DNA from: a virus | Length of the DNA stretch: 64,000 bases | Direction: 5' to 3' (one strand) | IMG/VR virus record: IMGVR_UViG_3300022407_006250 | Location: 1 to 64,000 of that record | In this document: positions 49,988-58,936 of the stretch, one piece after another | Layout: each line of letters starts with the position of its first letter | How positions within the stretch are numbered: position 1 is the stretch's first letter | Notes under the pieces: generated by a model | Database searches by the model: none | The model's input: only the letters and a program-made list of their open reading frames with translations | What the model was told of the DNA's origin: nothing | Translations under genes and position numbers: made by a program

Positions 49988-50220
49988 ACTCACTCAAAAT
50001 TACTCAAATTATAACAGCAACTGATGCTTGGTGTGATCAAAATTTACCAGCCAATTGGTGTGATCAAGTGGATCAATATCTTCCGGTTTGGAATGAAAAG
50101 TTTGCAGAATTAATTGTTCGGGAATGTGCTGATGTGGCCGCTGACGTTGTTGTTGAACGTGAAGGTGTAGAGTTTGGTTTGGTAGCAGCCTGTTATCAAC
50201 ATTTTGGAATTGAGCAATGA
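49984..50220 (+). CDS. FAELIVREC...HFG family protein
   Basis: EKFAELIVREC...QHFGI. Confidence 0.7.
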   Translation: MNSLKITQIITATDAWCDQNLPANWCDQVDQYLPVWNEKFAELIVRECADVAADVVVEREGVEFGLVAACYQHFGIEQ

Positions 50221-50420
50221 TCAAACAGGCCGACAGGCAACAATCAACAGTATGGCATATAGGCACTGCACCCATTGGTGAAGATTTAGTAGTTAAACTA
50301 ACTTGCGGTTCCGTTCTTGTAGATGCTGTTCGTCAGTATGATGGCAGCTGGTGGTGGTGTCCGCCCAGGGCCAAAGGTGTTTTCTTCAATCAAGAGCAAG
50401 TGTTGTGCTGGCACAAGTAA
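50217..50420 (+). CDS. hypothetical protein
   Basis: ATGA overlap; W..I.TAP. Confidence 0.55.
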   Translation: MIKQADRQQSTVWHIGTAPIGEDLVVKLTCGSVLVDAVRQYDGSWWWCPPRAKGVFFNQEQVLCWHK

Positions 50421-50428
50421 GGATCAAA

Positions 50429-50878
50429 ATGTATAATCATAAAAAAGTAATGCAAGATGCACTAGAGTTTTTAAATTCTATTGATAACACACTAACAAAC
50501 ACGCAGTGGCATCGAGCACAAGACGTAAAAGATTCTCTTGAAGAGCTGCTAAAGCAGCCCGATACGGAACAGTTTTGCGATGACAACTGTGTTTGGACCG
50601 ATCACCATCCCGATTGCGATCTTGCAAAGACCGAGACTGACAGTGTGAATAATCATCTCAATGACCTAATGTATCTTTCGGGGCTTACTGCACAGGGCTC
50701 ATGGGATGCCATGGATTCTTATGATAAGGAATGCGTTCAACGATTTGCCAAACTAATTATTGACAAATGCCTAGACCAATGTTACTATAATGGCATGAAT
50801 GATGAATTGTATGAGGGTCAGCTAAGGGCTGCGTATTACATAAGAAATCACTTTGGAGTCGACGATGGGGTGTTATAA
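50429..50878 (+). CDS. hypothetical protein with C-terminal FAELIVREC-family domain
   Basis: AAGGA RBS; RFAKLIIDKC...NHFGV. Confidence 0.65.
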   Translation: MYNHKKVMQDALEFLNSIDNTLTNTQWHRAQDVKDSLEELLKQPDTEQFCDDNCVWTDHHPDCDLAKTETDSVNNHLNDLMYLSGLTAQGSWDAMDSYDKECVQRFAKLIIDKCLDQCYYNGMNDELYEGQLRAAYYIRNHFGVDDGVL

Positions 50879-51192
50879 TGTATAATGTTGACCTAAAGAA
50901 AAAGTTTCAAGATTACTTGCATGATCTAGAAGGGTACTCTTTTCGAATTGAAAGATTTGACGCTGAGTGTGACTCCGGTATTATGAACAACAAGAGAGTT
51001 TTAGAATGGATGGAGGCAGCATTTTTTGCAGGTGCTAACACAATGGCACAAGATACGCTGGACACGCTGGGCGATTACGGCACATCACTTGCTGGAATTA
51101 ATGAAGTTTGTTATACTCGTACGCAGGCATTTGATATTGCTGCGGATAATTTAAAGATGTACTACAATATAGTGCTAAAGGATGAAGAATGA
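50878..51192 (+). CDS. hypothetical protein
   Basis: TAATG overlap; LEGYS.R.ERF. Confidence 0.65.
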   Translation: MYNVDLKKKFQDYLHDLEGYSFRIERFDAECDSGIMNNKRVLEWMEAAFFAGANTMAQDTLDTLGDYGTSLAGINEVCYTRTQAFDIAADNLKMYYNIVLKDEE

Positions 51193-51371
51193 AACCAACC
51201 AAAGTATCAATACAGCAGGTGTTGAGTGATGACATGACCAATCCCTTCTGGAGTTCAATTCTGAACAGTCCCAACTACGCCGGGTTTGAGCAGGAAATCA
51301 ACCACATAATTGATCAGAGTCAACAGCATGGTAAACCCTATGCGGATATTGACGCGGACAAACTCAAATGA
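51189..51371 (+). CDS. hypothetical protein
   Basis: coupled ORF. Confidence 0.55.
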   Translation: MKPTKVSIQQVLSDDMTNPFWSSILNSPNYAGFEQEINHIIDQSQQHGKPYADIDADKLK

Positions 51372-51571
51372 ATGAACGAATCCTAGAATTGGCCAAACAA
51401 GCGGGTCTCAAGAAAGAACACGGTGCTGATCGTGAGTATATGGGTGACTTTGATTGGCGTGAGTTTGCTGAGTTGATTGTGAAAGAATGTGTTGTGGTTG
51501 CCGATCATTCAAATGTAACTGGTAAAAGTATTATTGGTGAACGGATTCGAGAACATTTCGGAGTCAAATAA
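51368..51571 (+). CDS. FAELIVREC...HFG family protein
   Basis: MNERILELA...EFAELIVKEC...EHFGV. Confidence 0.7.
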   Translation: MNERILELAKQAGLKKEHGADREYMGDFDWREFAELIVKECVVVADHSNVTGKSIIGERIREHFGVK

Positions 51572-51759
51572 TGATCTATTGTAAAGACTGTAAATACTTT
51601 GATCAATATCGCTGGCCGCCAAATGAGTGGATGGGTGTCTGCGAGCTTGTTCTTCCGCCGTGGGTACCTATATCGGAAACTAATAGTCGCTGTGTAAGTG
51701 ACGACGACGGGTGCAGTTTAGGCGCGCCCCGTGTACCAATATTGTTATCTCCTATTTAA
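51571..51759 (+). CDS. small Cys-rich (CKDCKYF) protein
   Basis: CxxC...C...C pattern. Confidence 0.55.
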   Translation: MIYCKDCKYFDQYRWPPNEWMGVCELVLPPWVPISETNSRCVSDDDGCSLGAPRVPILLSPI

Positions 51760-51805
51760 ACAGATATTCTTGACTTTGTAATGTGCGGCCTGTTATAATA
51801 ATAGA

Positions 51806-52636
51806 ATGTTGACTACGCCTCTCAAAATTTCGCTGTGTTCAGACCTCCATCTAGAGTTTGACTATCAAGAACTTCCGGGTGGAGAAGTATTGATCCTTGC
51901 TGGTGATATTGCCGAAGCTCGCAGCATCCGAAAGGATCATCACAGCACCAAACTCGTTCAAGATACCCCGAACACTGTCTATCGTTGTTCAGAGTTCTTC
52001 AAATGGGAATGTGCCAAGTATGAAAAAGTGTTTTATGTTTTAGGAAATCACGAATTTTATCACGGCCGGTTTGATAAGACGTACAATGAACTCAAAGCAT
52101 TGATGCCGGCCAATGTCACTGTGCTGGAGGACCAGGTTGAGGAATATCGTGGTGTCATGTTTATGGGCAGTACCTTGTGGACTGATCTAAACAAGAATGA
52201 CAATCTAACAGCATTTCATCTCAAACAATGTATGAATGATTATAAAGTCATTCAAAACCATTATGTGACTAGAGATGTTTATCACAAGCTAATTCCGGAG
52301 CATACTGCAGGTGTACACCGCAAAACTCGTCAATACTTTGAATTCATACTCCGGGAACATCGGCACAAACCATTTGTAGTAATCACACATCATGCACCCA
52401 CTTATGAGAGCATTAGCAAAAAATACAAGTATGATTACTTGATGAATGGTGGTTATGCTAGCGATCTCAGTGACTTAATTTTAGATAACGAAAATATCAA
52501 ATTTTGGGTCCATGGGCACATCCATGATGCGGTTGATTATATGGTAGGTTCAACAAGGGTGTTATCTAATCCTCGAGGTTATTCGGGGCACGAAGATATG
52601 ACAAAATTTAATCCAGCTTTTACATTTGAGGTATAA
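51806..52636 (+). CDS. calcineurin-like metallophosphoesterase
   Basis: SDLHLE, LAGDI, GNHE, THHAP, HGHIH, NPRGY. Confidence 0.9.
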   Translation: MLTTPLKISLCSDLHLEFDYQELPGGEVLILAGDIAEARSIRKDHHSTKLVQDTPNTVYRCSEFFKWECAKYEKVFYVLGNHEFYHGRFDKTYNELKALMPANVTVLEDQVEEYRGVMFMGSTLWTDLNKNDNLTAFHLKQCMNDYKVIQNHYVTRDVYHKLIPEHTAGVHRKTRQYFEFILREHRHKPFVVITHHAPTYESISKKYKYDYLMNGGYASDLSDLILDNENIKFWVHGHIHDAVDYMVGSTRVLSNPRGYSGHEDMTKFNPAFTFEV

Positions 52637-52638
52637 TT

Positions 52639-52782
52639 ATGACAAATGCAGAACTGGTTGAAAATTTAAAAATTGCTAGCGAGCAATACAAAGACGATGT
52701 TCCTCTATCAATTTTATTGGCTACGGCAGCTGACAAAATTGAAAATATAATTATTGATCTTGACGACGAAGTATATCAGTGA
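52639..52782 (+). CDS. small hypothetical protein (47 aa)
   Basis: GAGG RBS; MTNAELVENL...; fills the gap between genes. Confidence 0.5.
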   Translation: MTNAELVENLKIASEQYKDDVPLSILLATAADKIENIIIDLDDEVYQ

Positions 52783-52815
52783 AGTATTGTAATTATTGGA
52801 CTAGGAAAGATAAAC

Positions 52816-53010
52816 ATGATTGAAATGCGATGGCTTGTCAAGCGTAATATAACTACACAGACAGGCAATATTGATAATAGCAAGAGAGTATTGCAATATC
52901 GCGAGCAATACCATTTATCCGAACGTGTGGACTCACAATTATACAGGGTGTCGGCATGGAGCGACTGGAAAGATGTGCCCGAGTATATGGAGGAAACTGA
53001 ATATGAATAG
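52816..53010 (+). CDS. hypothetical protein
   Basis: E.RW......VLQYR....WSDW.DVP. Confidence 0.65.
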   Translation: MIEMRWLVKRNITTQTGNIDNSKRVLQYREQYHLSERVDSQLYRVSAWSDWKDVPEYMEETEYE

Positions 53011-53209
53011 TAAAATTTCTGCGGATAAGATTGACTATGTTGACGAATACGACACAATTAAATACGGCACATTGAATACTTCCACAACTATAGAAAATTG
53101 CGCCTATTGTCTTGACGAAGCCTTGCATTGCTGTTATAATTACTTGTGTTCGGGCTGTGGTACACGACTATTAGATCGTGTCAATGAATTCAAGAATAAA
53201 GAAGTCTAG
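53003..53209 (+). CDS. small Cys-rich protein
   Basis: GGAGG RBS; CxxC...CC...CxxC. Confidence 0.5.
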   Translation: MNSKISADKIDYVDEYDTIKYGTLNTSTTIENCAYCLDEALHCCYNYLCSGCGTRLLDRVNEFKNKEV

Positions 53210-53210
53210 C

Positions 53211-53423
53211 ATGAAAAAATTAAGAACTGTTCCGGCCCACAAGACTGTGGCAGATGGATTTTGTAGCATGTGCGAGCAACCAGTGCTAACTGATCCCAGT
53301 TTTCAATATTGCGATGATGAATGTAGAATGTTTGCATTTCGATATTATTTCGATCTTAAAGATAAGAGCGAAGATAATCACAACAATGACTGGGTGCCCA
53401 ATAGTATCCCGGATGATATTTAA
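53211..53423 (+). CDS. small zinc-finger-like protein
   Basis: CSMC...YCDDEC. Confidence 0.5.
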   Translation: MKKLRTVPAHKTVADGFCSMCEQPVLTDPSFQYCDDECRMFAFRYYFDLKDKSEDNHNNDWVPNSIPDDI

Positions 53424-53444
53424 CTCACGTACTCAAAAGCAAAA

Positions 53445-53747
53445 ATGGCTTATCCAACTCTAGTGGCTACAGTATTTGATCGCCGCGGTCGAGTTTTGAG
53501 TTCAGGAACTAATTTTCCTAAAAAAACTCATCCTGTCCAGGCCGCTCATGCACTTCGGGCCGGGCTACCTGATAAACTTTTCCTACATGCTGAAATTTCA
53601 GCTCTGGTCAAGATTCGAAACGGCATTCCTTTTAAGATTAAAATTGAACGTTATGGCAAGGATGGTCGACCATTGCTGGCCAAACCATGTCCAATTTGCC
53701 AATTGGCTATTATGGAAGCTGGCATTAAACACGTGGAGCATACATGA
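53445..53747 (+). CDS. cytidine/deoxycytidylate deaminase-fold protein
   Basis: HAE...KPCPIC...AGIK. Confidence 0.8.
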   Translation: MAYPTLVATVFDRRGRVLSSGTNFPKKTHPVQAAHALRAGLPDKLFLHAEISALVKIRNGIPFKIKIERYGKDGRPLLAKPCPICQLAIMEAGIKHVEHT

Positions 53748-53911
53748 ACATGGCAGACCTAGAACAGGCAGCACGTCTTGCACGATATGCACTAGATTGG
53801 ATTCGGGATGATATTGTGAATGAAAGCGATTATGATCTTGTAGACAATGCTATCCAGTCTCTTGATGCTGCACTTGATGGCAACAAAACGGAGTTTAACA
53901 ATGTTGAATGA
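53744..53911 (+). CDS. small hypothetical protein (55 aa)
   Basis: GGAG RBS, ATGA overlap. Confidence 0.5.
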   Translation: MNMADLEQAARLARYALDWIRDDIVNESDYDLVDNAIQSLDAALDGNKTEFNNVE

Positions 53912-54134
53912 AAATGCACTTAGGATTCTCAATCAAGCATGTGAATTTGCCTATATGAATTGTGATAGAGATGTGACCCCGGGTGTATGGGATAGTCTCT
54001 TTGCTGGTAAATTTTTTGAGTTAACTGTGCGAGAGTGTATGAGCATTGCTGACCTACCACTCAGCCCTTGTGGCAATTGGAAGCACCTGACATCGTCTGA
54101 AGTTATTGCTGCACATTTCGGAGTTGACAAATGA
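53901..54134 (+). CDS. FAELIVREC...HFG family protein
   Basis: KFFELTVREC...AHFGV; GGAG RBS. Confidence 0.65.
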   Translation: MLNENALRILNQACEFAYMNCDRDVTPGVWDSLFAGKFFELTVRECMSIADLPLSPCGNWKHLTSSEVIAAHFGVDK

Positions 54135-54355
54135 ACGAACATATTCGAGCAGCATTTGAAGAAATTACTGCTCCCAGTTTTGGTCACGAGGTAAGTTACC
54201 CTAGAAAAAAGAATGGTAAATACGAAGACGACACAATTGAAGATCATTGGCAAACCTTTCAGGAAGGCTGGGAGGCCGGCGTTGAGTATTTAAAGAATAA
54301 ACACAATCCAAAATACAGTGATATTATCAGCGATGGCGGATTTGATCCAAGGTGA
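54131..54355 (+). CDS. hypothetical protein
   Basis: R..FE...G.Y......W..FQ.G. Confidence 0.6.
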   Translation: MNEHIRAAFEEITAPSFGHEVSYPRKKNGKYEDDTIEDHWQTFQEGWEAGVEYLKNKHNPKYSDIISDGGFDPR

Positions 54356-54372
54356 AATGCCGAAGAAAAACT

Positions 54373-55167
54373 ATGACAAAAATTTTAAATGATAAAGACT
54401 GGAAGAGTCTACAACAACAATTTCAATCAAGTAAACCATTCAATCATGTAGTAATCGATGATTTTTTTACACATGATACACTAAATGCACTAATTACTGA
54501 ATTTCCTGCATACAACTCCGATGTTTGGAACGCCTATTACAACAATGCAATTGAAAATAAAAAAGCCTGTAACAGCTGGGATAAGTTTCCGGATACCACT
54601 TACTCTGTTTTTTATTACCTTTGCAGTGATGTGTTCAAAGACATTGTTTCAGATATTACCGGTAATAATGAAATACAAGCAGATTTTGGATTGCACGGAG
54701 GTGGGTGGCATGCCCATGCTACCAACGGTAAACTAAACATACATCTTGATTACAGCATACACCCCAAACTACAACTTGAGCGGCATTACAATCTTATTGT
54801 GTATCTTACACCAGATTGGCTTCCCGAATGGAATGGTGGTTTGGAATTGTGGAGTCACGATGAAGCGACAGGCTGTGCAAAAGATCAAGAAGTTTTGATT
54901 GAAAATAAATTTAATCGTGCTGTGCTATTTGATACGACACAAAATTCCTGGCATGGCCTTCCGGGAAATCTTTCTTGTCCACAGGGTATTGAGAGACATA
55001 GTTTAGCAGTTTATTATGTTACTGAGCCTGCTCCCAACGCTGACCAGCGTGGTAAGGCATTGTTTGTACCGTACGGAGAACAGGCCAATGATCCTGCGGT
55101 GTTAGAATTAATTCAAAAACGTAGCCAGATATCAACTGCCAAACAAGTATATAGAGATCAAACATGA
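54373..55167 (+). CDS. 2OG-Fe(II) oxygenase
   Basis: PF.HVVIDDF, GGG.H, L.IHLD (HxD), GGLELW, FNRAVLF, SWHG, R.S.A.YY. Confidence 0.88.
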   Translation: MTKILNDKDWKSLQQQFQSSKPFNHVVIDDFFTHDTLNALITEFPAYNSDVWNAYYNNAIENKKACNSWDKFPDTTYSVFYYLCSDVFKDIVSDITGNNEIQADFGLHGGGWHAHATNGKLNIHLDYSIHPKLQLERHYNLIVYLTPDWLPEWNGGLELWSHDEATGCAKDQEVLIENKFNRAVLFDTTQNSWHGLPGNLSCPQGIERHSLAVYYVTEPAPNADQRGKALFVPYGEQANDPAVLELIQKRSQISTAKQVYRDQT

Positions 55168-55424
55168 ATGAAATTAAGGTTCTTTGTAAAGATTGCAAGT
55201 ATTTTAAGGAAGGCAAGACCTCTAGTTCCGATCTTTGCGTTCATCCATCATCCGAACTTGAAACATGCCCGGTATATGGTACCGTCAGCTTTCATACTGC
55301 AATTGCCATGAGAACAGCTCTTTCAAAATGCCGCAGTACAGGTAAATATTTTGAACCAAAGACATCCTGGTTTAATAAACTATTCGGGAGAACATTATGC
55401 AAGATAAGAAAACTTTTGAATTGA
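55164..55424 (+). CDS. Cys-rich (CKDCKYF) protein
   Basis: CKDCKYF...C..P...C...GKYFEPK. Confidence 0.65.
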   Translation: MNEIKVLCKDCKYFKEGKTSSSDLCVHPSSELETCPVYGTVSFHTAIAMRTALSKCRSTGKYFEPKTSWFNKLFGRTLCKIRKLLN

Positions 55425-55597
55425 CGCAAGATCAAATCAACGTTATAATTATACAAGATCTTAAAGAGCAATTGATCTTGGAAGCGTCTTTGAGATTACA
55501 TCATGATCAATCAGAATTTTTTGATTCATATTCGTTTGTATTAAAACAATACATGACTGAACGCGAATATAAAGCCTTTATCAAACAACTTAAATAA
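55397..55597 (+). CDS. hypothetical protein
   Basis: GGAG RBS. Confidence 0.55.
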   Translation: MQDKKTFELTQDQINVIIIQDLKEQLILEASLRLHHDQSEFFDSYSFVLKQYMTEREYKAFIKQLK

Positions 55598-55600
55598 ATC

Positions 55601-56212
55601 ATGAATATTCACTCGCAAAAGAAACATTGCTTTGGTGCTGAGACCCTGGACGAAGTAGCTGAAACAGTAATTGCGATTCTTAATAAAAAATCAAATAATT
55701 GTGTTTTGGGATTTTCCTGGGACCTAAAGCGAGAAGAAAAAATAAATAACAGTCACTCTGCACCATTGAGTGGTGTTATCAATTGGTCAAGGCGTGATCC
55801 ACATGCACCCGCTGGTTATCCGGGTTGGCAAGGCAGAGTTTGGGTCCGTTATAAGGTTGAACCTAGATATTCCGGTTGGGAAACTTTTGCTGGTACTCGA
55901 ACACACGTAGGGACTGGCGGATTTGGATCTTATGCAGGGCCTTGGGCAGCAGTAGGCCAAAAAAGATACGATATGCATGTTCGTAAAAAATCTGCAAACA
56001 TACCAAAAATTTGTTACTATTCGTGGGATTATCGTATTTTTGAATCTGATTGGCCTGAGCTTGCATTAAATTATCAAAGAGAGAAAATGTGGCAACGACT
56101 GGGTGGGCCACCCAGTTTGTTAAAATCGCACCGTTACCTCTTTGAAGATGCTGCTACCAAAAAGCAAGATGATGTTTTTCTCAAAACTGAGATTGAATGT
56201 TTGACTGTTTAA
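55601..56212 (+). CDS. hypothetical phage protein
   Basis: NSHSAP..G..NW, GYPGW.GRVW, GTGG, F..DWP. Confidence 0.7.
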   Translation: MNIHSQKKHCFGAETLDEVAETVIAILNKKSNNCVLGFSWDLKREEKINNSHSAPLSGVINWSRRDPHAPAGYPGWQGRVWVRYKVEPRYSGWETFAGTRTHVGTGGFGSYAGPWAAVGQKRYDMHVRKKSANIPKICYYSWDYRIFESDWPELALNYQREKMWQRLGGPPSLLKSHRYLFEDAATKKQDDVFLKTEIECLTV

Positions 56213-56233
56213 AAAGATATAAGGGGAAATTAA

Positions 56234-56590
56234 ATGACAGATGATTTAGACGAAGATGGACATCCTACCGACGCTGCACTAGCAAAAATTGAATCTTTCT
56301 CATATAAGGATGATTATAATGACCTAATGCAATATATTAAGAGTATGTGGTGGATGCCTTCATTTGGATGGAGGCAGAGTGAGCCTGTTGTAGATTTTTA
56401 TACGCCTCTCAGTGGCAAAATGTCTAAAAGAACCAAAACTCGATATACTCTTTCTACCGGTGGATGGAGCGGTAACGAAAGTATCATGCATAGTTTACAG
56501 CAAAATAAATTGTTTTGGTCCACGTGTTGGGTAAGCAGTTGCCGCGGCGGACATTACGAATTAGAAATTGTAAATGTAATAATTATGTAA
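56234..56590 (+). CDS. hypothetical phage protein
   Basis: STGGWSGNE.I...L.....W...W....RGGHY. Confidence 0.7.
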   Translation: MTDDLDEDGHPTDAALAKIESFSYKDDYNDLMQYIKSMWWMPSFGWRQSEPVVDFYTPLSGKMSKRTKTRYTLSTGGWSGNESIMHSLQQNKLFWSTCWVSSCRGGHYELEIVNVIIM

Positions 56591-56591
56591 T
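56574..56591 (+). promoter_or_regulatory. Pho-box-like direct repeat
   Basis: ATGTAAT-aatt-ATGTAAT with 11-bp period, 34 nt upstream of the plcP-like start. Confidence 0.5.
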
Positions 56592-56625
56592 TTTTAAAAA
56601 ACCATAGAACGGTAAATACTAGAGC

Positions 56626-57411
56626 ATGAAAGCAACTAATAATTATCGTAGTATATTTATTTCAGATTGTCACCTAGGCTCGCGTGATTGCAAGGCCGAA
56701 TCACTTATTAATTTTCTTAAAAATAATTCCTGTGATACACTTTATTTGGTAGGTGATATCATAGATGGCTGGAAAATTACACAGAACAAGTGGAAGTGGA
56801 AACAGAGTCATACCAATGTAATTCAACGAATACTTGGTCATGCTAAAAAAGGTACCAGAGTGGTATATGTGGCAGGAAATCATGATGAATTTTTACGTCC
56901 AATGATACCTTACAGTGTTACTTTTGGATTGATAGAAATTCATAATCAAATTGAACATATGGGTGCCGATGGTAGACGATATCTTGTTACACACGGAGAT
57001 TTATTTGATGGCATTACACGAATAGCACCCTGGATCAGTTTCCTCGGGGATAAGGCCTATGATTTTGTACTGTCACTCAATAATAAGTTCAATTGGGTAC
57101 GTCGTCGATTTGGATTTGGCTACTGGTCTCTAAGTAGATATCTCAAAGGTCGTATAAAAAAAGCTGTAGATTTTATATTTCAATTTGAAAAAAATCTAGC
57201 CGGCTATTGTAAGAAACGCGGTTTTGATGGTGTGATTTGTGGTCATATACACTCGGCCGAAATAAAACTAATAGACGGTGTTACCTACATGAATGATGGT
57301 GACTGGGTGGAAAGTTGCACAGCCCTTGTGGAGCATTACAACGGGCATTGGGAAATAGTAACCTGGACAATCGAAGAAGATGAAAAAAAAGATATTAATA
57401 ATAACAGATAA
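56626..57411 (+). CDS. plcP: PlcP-like phospholipase C (LpxH-like metallophosphoesterase family)
   Basis: RSIFISD.HLG, YLVGDIIDGW, GNHDE, HGDLFD, GYWSLS.YLK, CGHIH, YMNDGDWVES.TAL.E. Confidence 0.75.
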   Translation: MKATNNYRSIFISDCHLGSRDCKAESLINFLKNNSCDTLYLVGDIIDGWKITQNKWKWKQSHTNVIQRILGHAKKGTRVVYVAGNHDEFLRPMIPYSVTFGLIEIHNQIEHMGADGRRYLVTHGDLFDGITRIAPWISFLGDKAYDFVLSLNNKFNWVRRRFGFGYWSLSRYLKGRIKKAVDFIFQFEKNLAGYCKKRGFDGVICGHIHSAEIKLIDGVTYMNDGDWVESCTALVEHYNGHWEIVTWTIEEDEKKDINNNR

Positions 57412-58375
57412 TCTTAAAAATCAAATTAATGGTGTCGTCACAACGTTCAAAAATATCGAGATACACGCAAGTGATGACGGGTACGATATTGTTTATATTG
57501 ATCCCGGGCAGTTCCCTTATATTAATGCTCCTGGTTATCCTGAAGTTAAACTCAGTTGGCCACGCGGCATTGGCAAGAAGATTGAAGCGGTGGGGGCTGA
57601 TCACATACATATTGCTACGGAGGGGCCTATTGGCCTTGCTGCGCGTATTTGGCTAGACCGTCGCGGTCTTGAGTATAATACTTCTTATCATACCAAGTTT
57701 CCTGAGTTCTTAAAAAAGATTTATAAGGTGCCCATGTGGGCAACTTACTGGTATGTGAGATGGTTCCACAAGCATAGTGGTCGTGTGCTAACCACCACAG
57801 ACACAATGGTTGACGATCTTAAAGCGCATGGCTTTAAAGGAGATATTATTCCGTGGACTCGCGGTGTAGATCGAGACATATTTCAAAGTGACCTACGTGG
57901 AACCACTGTGGCTGGTCGCCCCATATTGCTCAGTGTAGGTCGAATTAGTAAAGAAAAAGGGCTCGATGACTTTTGTAATTTGAACTATCCCGGAGCCACC
58001 AAAATTGTAGTTGGAGATGGACCGTACTTGAATGATTTAAAAAAGCGATATCCAGATATTGTTTTTACTGGAGCTAAGACGGGTACAAATCTAGCAAGAT
58101 ACTTTGCACAAGCAGACGTATTTGTTTTTACCAGCCGAAACGATACATTCGGTGTAGTAATTATTGAAGCACTGGCAGTGGGAACACCGGTAGCTGCATA
58201 TCCTGTTCCCGGTCCGTTAGATATTATTACCCAAGGCGTAACCGGATATCTAGATCAGGACTTGATCCAAGCTATCAATCAATGTTTGTTGTTGGACAGA
58301 CAACAAGTAGAAGAACATAGCCAGGAATGGAGTTGGGGCAACTGCTGGAATATCTTTAAAGAAAATCTTATATAA
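57380..58375 (+). CDS. GT4 glycosyltransferase (Agt-like glycolipid synthase)
   Basis: ITD....QINGVVTT, IHIATEGPIGL, YHTKFPE, RGVD, VGRI..EK, VGDGP, DTFG.V..EA.A.G.PVAAYPVPGP. Confidence 0.8.
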   Translation: MKKKILIITDNLKNQINGVVTTFKNIEIHASDDGYDIVYIDPGQFPYINAPGYPEVKLSWPRGIGKKIEAVGADHIHIATEGPIGLAARIWLDRRGLEYNTSYHTKFPEFLKKIYKVPMWATYWYVRWFHKHSGRVLTTTDTMVDDLKAHGFKGDIIPWTRGVDRDIFQSDLRGTTVAGRPILLSVGRISKEKGLDDFCNLNYPGATKIVVGDGPYLNDLKKRYPDIVFTGAKTGTNLARYFAQADVFVFTSRNDTFGVVIIEALAVGTPVAAYPVPGPLDIITQGVTGYLDQDLIQAINQCLLLDRQQVEEHSQEWSWGNCWNIFKENLI

Positions 58376-58447
58376 TATTTTGCATTAATCACTTGACTCT
58401 TGATTACGGCTCTAATATAATTTATTCTATAAGTATTGGAGCAGTCA

Positions 58448-58930
58448 ATGATTAACTGTATTGTTGCAGTAGAAAAAAATCAAGGCATAGGATTTGAGGG
58501 TTCCATGCCTTGGCCTCATCTCAAACACGACATGAAATGGTTCAAGCAATTGTCCATGGGCCATATTATCATTATGGGCTCAACTACATGGCTTGGATTG
58601 GGGCGATCACTGCCCGGGCGTGTTAACATTGTGCTTTCCAAAAATCACAGTTGTGCAGGTGCAGATCATGTATTTTTTGATACAGAGACTGCACTTGATT
58701 TTTGTGAAATTGAATATCCAGATCTAGAAATTTTTATTATTGGCGGGCAAGCAATTTACGAACAGTACATGGGCATAATTGACACATTCTATGTTACAGA
58801 AATTGATGCCGATTACGAATGTGATAAATTTTTCAATCTAGATTATGTTCGTAAAAATTGTCGCAAGACTGTGGTGCATGAAACACACATGGACACAGTC
58901 AACTACAAGATGGTCGAATATTCCTACTAA
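58448..58930 (+). CDS. folA: dihydrofolate reductase
   Basis: IVA....GIG....MPW....DM.WF, IMG..TW, LPGR.NIVLS, IIGG..IY, CD.FF. Confidence 0.92.
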   Translation: MINCIVAVEKNQGIGFEGSMPWPHLKHDMKWFKQLSMGHIIIMGSTTWLGLGRSLPGRVNIVLSKNHSCAGADHVFFDTETALDFCEIEYPDLEIFIIGGQAIYEQYMGIIDTFYVTEIDADYECDKFFNLDYVRKNCRKTVVHETHMDTVNYKMVEYSY

Positions 58931-58936
58931 AATCAA

